Below, in pieces: positions 43,151 to 55,386 of a DNA stretch of 64,000 bases. Position numbers and translations under genes: made by a program. Every line of letters begins with the position of its first letter. Within the stretch, counting starts at the first letter, position 1. The stretch lies in assembly GCA_964016885.1 (NCBI GenBank), contig OZ024750.1, forward strand, positions 2,356,001 through 2,420,000, in the 5' to 3' direction. Under the pieces are notes generated by a model. That model saw only the letters and a program-made list of their open reading frames with translations, was not told the DNA's origin and did no database searches. Source of the DNA: Eledone cirrhosa. Taxonomy: Eukaryota.

Positions 43151-45647
43151 TACGTAAGCTATTAAAAAAAAAATCCTTAAAATTGCATTATGTGAACAAT
43201 AGTGTCATAGGTTAGAAATAGACCAGTCACTGGTTCACATCTGAAAGTAAGAGGTACAACCCAACAAGAAGAAAGACATCTGGCTATTTCAGTTTTGAGA
43301 GAACCAGTTTTTTTTTTGTTTTTTTTTCTTATTGATAGTTATATATTTTGCTAATATATGTTAGCAAAAGGTATGCAGATATAGACTTAGTAAAGGTTTA
43401 GTAATAGTATGATTAAATTAGAGAATGACCTAAGAAAATATACAAAATATTTGACAGATAAAGCTTATTAAATGCAAATATAACACTTCCCAAGATCAAG
43501 AAAAGATTTTAGTCTTCTCAGAGACCTAATTTTTGTATTTTCTAATCTTACTCAATGAATTCTATAAAATGATAAGCCAAGTCAGTATAAAATCCTAGCT
43601 TAAAAATAACACACAAAGAAACAAACTCCCTTACATATCTTCCCGCCAGCTATTAACCTACAACAATTCAAATTAAACATTAACTGTACTAATCCCATTT
43701 AATCACCAATGCACTCCATCATAATCATGATAGTGGCAATAACGATGATGATGATAATCAGGATTGCTGCTGCTGCTGATCATCATCACCATAAACACCA
43801 CTATTAACACCTGTTATTTTGTTTATTTTCACCTTCTGATATGGGTAGGGTGAGCTTGCAATATCCTATTTCTTTATTTGTAACTAACATCAATTCTCCT
43901 GAAAGTTGTAAACTGCTAAACTACTTCACACCATGCATTTCTAAGCTTGCCTCTCTATTCATCTGTATGCAATCCAAAAATTGTAACCTTTTTTTTTTTC
44001 ACTCAGCATGCATTATTCTTTTTCTTCATCAACCAAAACCCTTACAGCCTTATATCTCTCACTTAATTTTTAATGTTTCTGACAAATCTTTTTTTCTCAC
44101 TCAATCTATCTTTCAAATTCAAACTATACTCTCAAAAGATTATTAAACAGCTCATCTTTTCTAAACTCTCTGGGAAACTTTAGCTTTTACCATCCAAGTT
44201 TGACTGTCATACATTATTAAACATATATTAAACATATTTTCTGTTTAACAAGAATCCTTTTGTTGTCAATCTAAGGCCTTCATTTGTCAGAACTGACATT
44301 GCATTTGTACCTGAACTGTTTCTCTCCAAAATGGAGACGAAGGCAAGGTGTTGTTATGGAAGACCAGCAGTTGTCCATACAGCAAGACTCCCTTCTTTGT
44401 GACACTGGTGCTATCCAAGAGAAGGGTAAGGCCAATACAATTTGATATCAGTATCATTGGAAGTAAATTCAGAGCATAAAAAAGTTTAGAAGAAATACTA
44501 CAAAGTATTTTGTTCAATGATCTAACAAATCTGTCAATCCACCATCTTGAACTACTAGATTATTCTATCAACTGCAGAAGGGTGAAAGGTGAAGTTGAAC
44601 ACATTCGGATCTGAACTCAGAATGTAAACAGTCAAAACAAATACCATAAGTCCTTCTGTCCAACATTCTATCAATCCACTGCCCTAGAATGATAAAATAG
44701 AATGCTGGAAGGATAGTGGAGGCATATGGCCTAGTGGTAAGGGTGTTGGATTTATGACAGTAATGTCATGGGTTCAATTCCTTGACTGTGTTGTGTTTAC
44801 TTAACAATTTGCTTGGTAATACTTCACTAAATTACAGAGAGGTCAAACTGAGCAAATAAACCAGAAAGACAAAATGCATCCAAGGCTATCTCCTATATTT
44901 GCTGACAAATAAACAGACATTTAATTGATGCTAAGTAGAAATCCTAGTGTTCTATACAAACACACACACATGCACATAAACACACAGTAAAGTATTCATG
45001 TTTTATATATCCTTAAAACATAACTTCAAGGTACAAAACATGGATCTTTTGTAGTAATATCATCTTCCTTATCATTAATACTATCATCAGTGTCACTATT
45101 TTTCATTTGTTTCTGTAAAAATGGTGGGACTTATTTTCTTAAAATTAACAAAGTGTAGAAAAAAATGCTTATTCAAAAATTGTTATCTAAAACCGTTTTG
45201 AATGGACTCATGCCCAAAGGGTGTTTGAAGAATGATTTCAACCCTACTGAAATGAAAAATGAAAGAAAAAAAAAGTGGGGTGAATCTTTTCAGCACACAG
45301 GGTAACACAAAAGGTTGAGATTATCAAAGTTTTTTCTAAATTAAAATCTCAACTGCTATAACACAGGCATAAGGTTAGAGTGTGATCAGGGTAAAAGGTT
45401 GTTTCTATTATATCCAGATATATTTAAGAGAAACCTGTAGATCATGGGAAACATATTCATTTACAGGTTTCAAAATGGGAAAATCAAAATTAGATAATGG
45501 AGAAAAATAAATCATCAGGGAAGTAGATACATCATGCAAAGATTAAACAGGATTGAAAAAAATATTATCCTTATCAAACTAACATTATAATGGATAGTAG
45601 AAGGAACAATACATATCACAATTGAACAGTTCTGGCAAAAATAATAC

Positions 45648-45682
45648 CTGACAATAAAATATATACTTTTGTTGTAGAAAAC
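45648..45682 (-). CDS. Candidate alternative Cav-beta short HOOK exon (35 nt)
   Basis: TTCTTTTGTTTTGTTCCCACCACTACAG acceptor and GTATTA donor; phase 1-0, the same as the 131-nt exon; (G)FLQQKYIFYCQ. Prediction only. Confidence 0.35.
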
Positions 45683-46109
45683 CTGTAGTGGTGGGAACAA
45701 AACAAAAGAAGTCACAACTATGAAATACTAACTATTTATTACAAATGAAGGTATGGTTAAAACCCAGTTAAAATGGGTCTTGTCAGAAATAACTACTAGA
45801 GTGAAAAGCATGTTTAAAAGCAGAGCTGGCAACACAGAAACACCTGCAAAAAGCATGCATAAAATAGAGGTTATTGACCAAATTTGGTTGATATGTCAGG
45901 CATCTAGTATTCTGGCAACAGCAGTAACTGTTATAAACTGCAGTTACATTAGCTAAAATACAGATAAGCTAAAATCAGGAGAAGCCAGCCAATAGATGTT
46001 CAGGTCAGGCTAAATTCTACCATCTTATCATCAGTGAGGTAAAAAAAAATTAACTGGGACTAATGTTAAAGGTTGGTAACAGCATTAATTGCACAAACGA
46101 TATAATTAC

Positions 46110-46151
46110 GTCGCATTTTTTTCAAAACATTCAATTGTGTCATCTGGAAAC
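46110..46151 (-). CDS. Candidate alternative Cav-beta HOOK cassette microexon (42 nt)
   Basis: TTTCTTTTGGTTGTTTCAG acceptor and GTAATT donor; phase 1-1, frame-preserving; (G)FQMTQLNVLKKMR(R). Prediction only. Confidence 0.4.
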
Positions 46152-47484
46152 CTGAAACAACCAAAAGAAATTCATTAAAGAAAGACATTTTTGGCTTTCC
46201 ATATTTATTCTTGATGAGAGTTGATTGATGAGTGGGGAAGTATTCTCTTGTTCTTTTCTTCCACATTGGTATAAATTGGATTGTTCCAAATATTTAGATG
46301 TTTGAAAGTGTTCATAATACAGATGTTTTATGGCTAAATGCCTTTCCTAGCACCTATCACAAATAAGAAATTGGAGTTGTATAAATTTTCAAGCTCGGCA
46401 AACAAAAGTAAGTTAAGGTGCCATTCCAAGAAGGATATCTCAATAGATATCACTGTTTTTGATATCAATACATATTAACCATGTGTCCAGCACCATAAAC
46501 ACAGAATAATTGGTCAGATAAATCCATACTTTTTTTTATTTCATGAATACAGTCAACAAAAGAAATCACAGCGTGCCATGCAAATGGTTCATGGTCCTGG
46601 CGCAGACATAATAGTGACAGTAGTGTTACCCTGAAGGATGGTGAAGGAGATGCGCTGAAAAAGCCAGTTCACCTTGGTTGGGGGGGGGGGGGGACAAACT
46701 AGGTTAAATGATTTTAATAAACTTATAGAAAAGAAGAAAGCTTTTTAATTATGAGAAAAATAATTATATTGAACTAGTTATCCAATCTACTAGTAAGTGA
46801 ATGCTAATAAATACTAAAAGGAAGGATTGAACTATTCTTTATATGATAGAAGTACATAGAACATTCAAGAAGGCAACAGATTAGTGTGAGTGTTTGTTTG
46901 TGCGCGCGTGCGCACAGGTATATGTTCCTGTGGAAAGGAAAACGCACTCATAGTGCCTAAGCTACTAAGTGTGGTTGCAATGTTTGATGATTATGATAAG
47001 ACAGCAGCAATAGAAAAAATATGGATACATAAATAAATATACATATATTTTACATGCTTATACATATATAAATTCACTCAGATATTAGTATTAGATATGT
47101 ATATATGCGCATTAGATTTATAATGTTTGATTTGGCCATCTAGATCACTGGTTGCAAGATGAAAAGAATATGAAAGGGATCCTTTTGTTCTCTGCAAGGT
47201 TTTATTTATTTATTTTTTTGTCTGAATTTTATTAAATGTTTGTACATAAACACTATATATATATAAAGAGGAAAAAAAAATGACATGAGAGAAGACCGAC
47301 TCACTCACTCAATTACACACCACAACAACAGGTACTAGAATTTCTTTCTAACAATTTTTGAAGCAAGTCAATACACTTGCAGCATTGCTGCAGGTAATAG
47401 TGAGGCTAAGGTAACTGGAATAACCAAACATCCATACAAATAATGATATAACATTTGGTTTAAGTTCTGTACTAAAAGCCTTTC

Positions 47485-47985
47485 AGTCTATCTTGCCGCC
47501 TGAATGCCGGTCACTTCGCATGTCTCACTGAGCTAAACCTCATCACCAAGAGAGCTTTGGCCCGGGCAAACATCCCCTCAATTTTGGAACCATCTGGGTT
47601 GTCCAGAATTTATGGGAAATGGCCTGATGGTCTTACCCTATGCCTCTGGATAAGAGGCAGGTGTTTTATCTGGGACACTACAGTGAGTGACTTTTTTGCT
47701 TCTTCCCACAACCTGGATGCTGCAGTTAGGGTGAGAGCTACAGCTTTCATAACCGAACAGAACAAAATTTTGAAATACCGAGATTTGTCAGTTAACTACC
47801 TTTTCCAGCCTGAGGCGTTCAAGACTTTTGGGGGAGTTGGGCCGCTAACTACAAGGTTCTTGTCTTCACTGGCAGCTCACCTAACAGAGTAACTAGTGAT
47901 GCTTGTAAAGGCACTTGGCTGTTCCAGCACATCAGCCTCGCCATCACCTGAGGTAACGCTGTGAGTGTGCTGGCTCGCCTCAAAA
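47485..47985 (+). mobile_element. Degenerate non-LTR retrotransposon fragment, restriction-like endonuclease domain (CRE-like clade)
   Basis: LNLITKRALARANIPSILEPSGLSRIYGKWPDGLT..W..GR..IWDTT...EQNKILKYRDL..NYLFQP...TFGGVG...WLFQHISLAI..GNA fits the PD-(D/E)xK RLE of CRE-like elements; in-frame stops present. Confidence 0.75.
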
Positions 47986-48638
47986 TTTATTATAGAGGTT
48001 TTCAAGTGTTCCTCACGATATCGTTATCTTTTGTTCTGGTAGCAGTTCATTTGTCCACCCTTTTCACCTGCCTTTTGTTTATGTGGTCCTAGATGTGTCT
48101 ATTACCTGCTTGTGTGTTTTTTTCTTTCTTTTTTTTTTTTGTAATATTATAATGACAGTTATGTTGACAAACCAAATTTAATATTTCAAATTTTTCTTGT
48201 AACATTACATTAGGGAGTGTGTATATATATATATATATATATTTGCAATAAAGTATGTATCATAACACCAAAGAAAAACAAAAGAAAGACAAAGGGATAT
48301 ATCTATTTCTAAAAAATGTTACGATGGAAAGATTAAATAAGATATTCCAATGGCAACATCATAATTTTTTAACTATAAAATTCCAGACACTTATGACTTG
48401 TAAAACCTCCTGCCTTCATATACATAAAAGAGAATTAGGAACTAAAGATACAGAAAGAAAAAAGAAACAAGGAATAAAAATAAGAATGCTGCTGATTTGT
48501 AGGAAATAAACACACAAGAAGCTTATTAGTAATTCAACAACGATGGTTTTATTCGTATGATATTAAAGAAAGGTCTTCTAAATAATGTAGACAGATAATT
48601 TGATATTCACTCTAGACCCTGTAAACCTATTCACACAC

Positions 48639-48685
<47 letters not shown>

Positions 48686-48859
48686 TATATATCATATATA
48701 TAAATATATATATATTATATATTATATATATAAATATATATACATATGTGTGTGTGATGTATAGAAAACATGACATATTTTAATTTTATTTTTTCCCTAT
48801 TTTCTTGAGTGTCTTGCAGTTTGTTTGGAACAGTAAAACTCTTAAATCATTCATCAGTG

Positions 48860-49175
48860 TGGGGATCAAATATGGTGTGCTAGAGAGGATCAAATATGGT
48901 GTGCAAGAGAGGATCAAATATGGTGTGCAAGAGAGGATCAAATATGGTGTGCAAGAGAGAAGACTGTGCTGATATAGACAAGTAATGAATATGGATGATG
49001 ATTGTTGGGTGAAGAAATGCCAAGAGTGGAAGGAAGTTGCAGTGGAATACCAGGGCAGTGAGAGCAGATGTCAAAATGCTGAACCTCATAGAGAAGACTA
49101 TGAAGGAGCGCAGTAGGTGGAGGGAAGTTGTGCTGGAAAAGACCCATCCAATCCATGGAAAAGCAGAGGTAAAAG
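48860..49175 (+). mobile_element. RTE LINE 3' fragment whose 5' end has expanded into 4 x 24-bp tandem copies
   Basis: GGATCAAATATGGTGTGCAAGAGA x4, then sequence homologous to 41020-41280. Confidence 0.65.
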
Positions 49176-50324
49176 AATGAAGAAAAAAGGATAAGTTGAG
49201 AAGTTGACAACTTCCACATTTGCAATCAAATGTGTAAAATTACATTGGTCATTATGATTTGGAGTCCTTACAGCTCAAAACAAACAGCAAAAAACTCAAG
49301 AAGAAATGTGAAAAAAATTAAGAAAAATGAAAGATTATATTAGAACAAATTCATGTTTTCAATAGAACATGTTTAAATGAAAATCTTTTCCTCATATATA
49401 CAATATTATAATATATACCCTACACATTAGTGCAGGAGATAAAATCAATTGTTTGACCTTTTATGATGAGAGGTATGTATCAATAAGTGATTAGCCCTAT
49501 TGATCTTTTACTAGAAATCTGATACATATTCCCGACATTTACATGAACCAAGGCAACAATAGAGAATAACCTGCCCTAACCAAAAATATAACAAAACACC
49601 TACAATGGGTCTGAACACACAACCTTTCAGTTGGTAGTACAATACTTTATTCATTAAAGTATTTTGCTTCTACATACATATGCAGATATAATCTATCTTT
49701 TTACAATGACATATGAAAATAGATAGGTCCATAAATAATAGATTTTATAGGTATTACAAGAAAAGAGCTTTCAGATAAGTTATTGAACCTAATAAGATAG
49801 ATGTATTTCCTTTCAAAGAAATATACAAACCCTTTGATGTACTAGTACTATATGTTCCAAGGAAATGTCTTTATAAAACGGTACTAATTTAGTCTGTATA
49901 CTATACACAAATGACTTGACAACTCAAGGACCTACTTTCAAACTTTTCCAATTCCAACATAATGTTTTATCTCTCTAGCTTTGATAAAATAAACATTTCT
50001 AATTAAGATATATATCTTCAAATCTCAATGTAATATGCTGTGTTCAAATGTGGCCATCACAATATTTGGTTACAAATCAGGGCCTGCTTAACTTTCCACC
50101 AACTTTGAGCATGATCCCAAATCAATGCTTTGATACCTATTTCCACAATATATTTTCTTCTTGCTGTTCATAATATTGTGTTTCTAAATATTGAAAGGAG
50201 AATAGTCTGTGATATTATTTGAGTTTTCAAACATTTTTTTTCTCATTACAAAAGCATATAATTTAAAAAAATAAAAATGTGAAAACTCTGTCGCAAAGGT
50301 TTTCAAAGTAGCCTAGAAACTTAC

Positions 50325-50386
50325 CAGGAGTTGGCGGTGTGGAGACTCTGGAAAAATTATCAATGTTTGAAGGAGAATTAACTTTG
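50325..50386 (-). CDS. CACNB: Cav-beta HOOK exon (62 nt visible; acceptor lies in the N gap)
   Basis: (G)KVNSPSNIDNFSRVSTPPTP(G) with donor GTAAGT. Phase 2-1 fits both neighbours; STPP motif as in vertebrate exon 6. Confidence 0.88.
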
Positions 50387-50586
50387 NNNNNNNNNNNNNN
50401 NNNNNNNNNNNNNNNNNNNNNNNNNNNNNNNNNNNNNNNNNNNNNNNNNNNNNNNNNNNNNNNNNNNNNNNNNNNNNNNNNNNNNNNNNNNNNNNNNNNN
50501 NNNNNNNNNNNNNNNNNNNNNNNNNNNNNNNNNNNNNNNNNNNNNNNNNNNNNNNNNNNNNNNNNNNNNNNNNNNNNNNNNNNNNN
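50387..50586. other. Assembly gap (200 N)
   Basis: Run of 200 N directly abutting a coding exon. Confidence 1.
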
Positions 50587-51094
50587 GTGTATCTCTCTCT
50601 CTATATATATATCTATCATCATCATCATCATAATGATATATATATATATATATAAATATAATGTGTGTATATATAAATAATTTTGTTATTAAATGTCTTG
50701 CTTTCTCCACCAGATATATATGTGTATATATATATATACGTATATATATGTGTATATATATATATACGTATATATATGTGTATATATATATATGTGTATA
50801 TATAAAGTTCAGCATCAATGCACAAGACAATTAGAAATATAAAATCTAAGATGGCTACAAAGCTATCAGGTAGAGTAGCAGGAATGTGATAGTCTTAATG
50901 AATATATTTGCAATAGCTAGCTTGCTAATGAGTTCTTAGCAATTACAAGAGAAACTTGCAGGTAACAGCTGTGAAAATAGAGGAATTACAGAATATGTCA
51001 CAGTTTGGTTGTGTATACAAATGATAGACTAGAGATAAAACATTTTTGATATGATAATTAAGAGAAAATATATTTTAAAAGGCATTTAAATTAC

Positions 51095-51278
51095 TTTATA
51101 TACTCGAATATAAGCAACCACCCCCTTATTTTGTCTGAGAAATCCAAACCTCATTTATAAGCTGAGGCAGTTAATCAACACATTGTTTAGATGGTGTATA
51201 TAAACCAACCTCCCCCACCACCCCATTTTACCATTGTTTTGGTAATATATTCCTTGACTTATATTCAAGTATATATGG
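51095..51278. mobile_element. Tc2/pogo-like MITE
   Basis: TATATACTCGAATATAAG ... CTTATATTCAAGTATATA inverted ends; related copy near 34231-34424. Confidence 0.6.
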
Positions 51279-52194
51279 TTGGTGTTTTACTTCTTAATCT
51301 GAACTAAAACTGAACCACATACATTTTTATTTCTGTGACATGTAACAACTAAGATTCATTAGATATTGTAAATTCAGTTTTAATATGATCAAGCTTCAAA
51401 CTGGTCTATAAATTTTACTTGATGTGTTTTTTATTTTACTGTACTTAGGTGTATTTTTTATTAGTTATTGATAGGAATAGATTGGTAGGACTAAAATACA
51501 ATCTTGTGCTGTAGGTACAACACTGAGCCCAATAAAGGTTGTATTAAATGACCATACAGTATTTGTTATAATAGAAAGCAATACAGTCATCTTTTGTCAC
51601 CACTGTAAGTATGTAATAATCTCTGATGAAACCTAAGCAGAAACCGAAATCAAAGTTACAAATCATACCCTGAAAATATCCATACTTAAGACTTCAAGGA
51701 AGTAATTGTAGGCAATGAAATCTTCAAAGATATTTACTCCTTCTCCTTATGTTAATATAAATGGCTAGACTGGACAGTATGGTGGTTGTACTGACACAGG
51801 TCAGTCTAATTGGAAGAAATTGAAAGAACTACTATTTTAACTATCAGTGGTAAAACTTTATAATCTTTGTATTTGAACTATGCTGTTGCATACAAGTGAA
51901 AACTATCAATGTTAAAATGGCAGTCCCTTGCCAGGGGTAATATGTTGTTTTAGTTTGTTTATTCTCAAGTGGATAGGGCTACACCAATTAAGGCCATTTA
52001 CAGTAAATCAATAAGATAAGTGACTGAAAAATATGCAAAATTTCTAGATAGATGACATCTGCCCTCAAGGGTCCTCAAAGAAATGCTGACTAGACACAAC
52101 TATAACCAGAAACATTTCAACATCAACAACATCAACATCAACATTTGACTGGTAGAAGACAGAGATGAATCAAGATGGGAGATTTTGAGTTGTC

Positions 52195-52415
52195 TTAACT
52201 CTTTAGCATTTAAGCTGGCTGTATCTAGCAAGAATTCTCTCACCTATTTCTGTTCAAACCGGCCATAACTGGCCATTCACACCGACACTAAGGTATTGTT
52301 CTCAAATAAATAATATCTCATAGATTTGATATTATATGAGATATTATGTGAGGTAAAGCCTTTACCGTGAAAATACAATAGTAAATATAGAGTAATTCAA
52401 ATTCCAAAGGGTCAA
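52195..52415. mobile_element. piggyBac-like MITE, opposite orientation to the 12823-13034 copy
   Basis: TTAA|CTCTTTAGCATTT ... AATTCCAAAGGG|TCAA; the body is the reverse complement of the 12.8 kb copy. Confidence 0.7.
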
Positions 52416-52493
52416 CATTCATGTGTGAGAAATAATAGAGTCAAAATTATTTAAACACTTTTGGAATTATTAGCAATGATAAAAATTACTTAC

Positions 52494-52627
52494 CCATAAA
52501 ACTTGCCTCCCCTACCAGAACCTGTGAGCTGGAGCTTCAGGTTTTCCAATTTTGCAGGACTAGGGATAAATCCAACATCACAGCCTTCTTTAACAGCTCG
52601 GCCAATCCACCAATCATTACTGAATTT
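52494..52627 (-). CDS. CACNB: Cav-beta exon (134 nt, SH3 into HOOK)
   Basis: TTGTAG/GTAAGT; [44 protein letters not shown](G); phase 0-2. Confidence 0.96.
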
Positions 52628-53071
52628 CTACAATAAAAATATGACAAGGAATGGTTGTTATTTATTGATTTAATGTTCAAGATAGGATTATGACATTAAA
52701 AAATGTCTAAAATCTGTTTTAAGCCCATCAGACTCATCAGGCTGGGGCTTATCCTGGTTTTCGTGGTGTTAAGTGACTCAGAGTACAAGACTTCCCTGGA
52801 CAGGATACAGCTAAGTATATTGAAGTGTTTTGCTCAAGAACACAACACACAACCCAGTTTAGGAATCAAACATCATAAGTCCAACACCCTTACCACTAGG
52901 CCACGTGCCACCACATTATGACATAGGTCATTACCAATATTAATTTTAAATGCATACATTTTATATTTGGCTTCTAAAGAAATGTATTTGAACAATACTT
53001 CAAACTAATAGAAAGTATGATCAAGAAATCTAATATAACTGGTGAAAATGCTCTTAAAGTTGCTATCTATC

Positions 53072-53605
53072 AAAGTGGTGACTATCAAAAGTTGCTATAC
53101 ACCCATCTAAGTGGTGACTATATTATTAGGTGACAAAAGTTGCTATACACCCATCAAAGTGGTGACTATATTATTAGGTGACAAAAGTTGCTATACACCC
53201 ATCAAAGTGGTGACTATATTATTAGGTGACAAAAGTTGCTATACACCCATCAAAGTGGTGACTATATTATTAGGTGACAAAAGTTGCTATACACCCACCA
53301 AAGTGGTGACTATATTATTAGGTGACAAAAGTTGCTATACACCCATCAAAGTGGTGACTATATTATTAGGTGACAAAAGTTGCTATACACCCACCAAAGT
53401 GGTGACTATATTATTAGGTGATAAAAGTTGCTATACACCCACCAAAGTGGTGACTATATTATTAGGTGACAAAAGTTGCTATACACCCATCAAAGTGGTG
53501 ACTATATTATTAGGTGACAAAAGTTGCTATACACCCACCAAAGTGGTGACTATATTATTAGGTGACAAAAGTTGCTATACACCCATCAAAGTGGTGACTA
53601 TGTTA
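53072..53605. repeat. 48-bp minisatellite, about 10.5 copies
   Basis: Unit AAAGTGGTGACTATATTATTAGGTGACAAAAGTTGCTATACACCCA(T/C)C. Confidence 0.97.
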
Positions 53606-55064
53606 TTAACTGACAATAAAGAGTTAAATGATTAAGGACACTGAAGAAAAATGTATCATAGAAAAGTTAAAATTATTCTTCGGCTTTCATGCTATCATGT
53701 TATCCAATGATGTCTAAAGACAGGGTAGATGTAATAACTCGGGGTATTTTGTTGGAGTTGGTAGGAAAACTACGTTTAAATTTGAAGATTTATAACTTTT
53801 TGTTTGTTTGCCTATTTTATTAATTTATTATATGACGGAACAAGAGAGGTTACAGTTTGTATGTTGACAGTTTCCATTTTATACCTTTGACAACTCTCAC
53901 TATATTGGATTATCAATTACTTTATTTTTCCTGTCAATTTTGTGTTTAGTGAAGTTCATGTAGATGCTGCAAGCCTTCTGGCACTAAGGGGCTTTTATGG
54001 CTTAGATCTCACCCCCAGTAATGTGGAAACTTATTGAATGATCTTACAGCTATGTTAGTATGATCATGTTTTTATTTTCATTCTTAGTCTCATATTGATG
54101 ATAAAAAAGGGTGAGCTAGTAATAATACATATGTATGGTATATATACTTAAGCTCCTCCAATCCCCAAACTGTAATGGAAGCTCTGTGCTGTAGCTGATG
54201 TCTCTTGTATACATAGAATATTATTGTGTGATGTATGTGATATAAATGATATCATACACTTGATAAGTATGATGACTTGGTTTGCTCATCTGTTAATGTC
54301 TTGGTGAAACCTCAATTCTAATTTATTTATGTTTGGTGTATTTTCTATGTGGCAATGTCTGAGAAAATATAAGCTGATGTAACATATTAACTAGCAAGGA
54401 AGCTTCTAGATAATCACACAATCTGTTAAATGTAACAAGCAAATCTCCTTAACGAAATATACCCACTGCAATAGGAATCACATACAATAGGATCCAAAAG
54501 TTAGAACATGATAAAGATAGTCTATAACTAAAATACAGAAGAACGATGATATGGACAAATACAGTAGAAGGTCAATTGGAAGACATTTTAGTGATAAACA
54601 TTTGCTGATAGTAGAAACATGCTAAGATATTTAGATGTCATGAAGAATGCAGCAAATGATGCCAGAATCTAATTTATGAAGCCATTCCATTTGCTGATAT
54701 AAAGAAGTGGACATATTTAAGGCTTCATAAAGCAAAAGCATAATATGCAGAAATACTGCAACAGTGATAACAATTTGATTAAATGAAAAAAAATGAGAAA
54801 CTAAATATCATATAAATGATACCATATTAACTAAAGAAGGGGCCTATTGTTTGTCTTACAGAATCTGATTTTTAATGTGTGTATGTCTGTGTATATATAT
54901 ATATATATATATATCCAGGGAGTTACTGTAAGTTCACCCAGGTGAGCACTCGATGTTTAGGTTCACTTCATTGTCGAAGTGTATAGCTAGACAGTGTGTA
55001 TTATAGTGATAATACACTCGTAACCAATCGTTCTTGCTATTTTATTTCACTATATACATATATA

Positions 55065-55290
55065 TCATTATCATCACCATCTAACATCCATTTTCCATGC
55101 TAGCATGGGTTAGGCAAGTTGTCCTGTTGTGAGACAAGCCAGGTCAGATGACCGTGTCTTGTTTAGTGTGTACTGAGTGTTTTTTGTCATGACACGTACA
55201 TGGCTACATTACAGTGTAGACTGGGTGCTTTTTATTATGACACCTACATGACCATTTTATATTGTGGACTGGGTGCTCCTTGTCATGGCA

Positions 55291-55330
<40 letters not shown>

Positions 55331-55338
55331 GATCCCAC

Positions 55339-55386
<48 letters not shown>

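Noticed and set aside
51620-51655. CTGATGA...CGAAA hammerhead-like core
   Set aside because: The intervening sequence cannot form stem II, and no convincing stems I or III.
53111-53635. 174-aa ORF of 16-aa repeats
   Set aside because: 48-bp minisatellite antisense to Cav-beta, GTG start, no other support.
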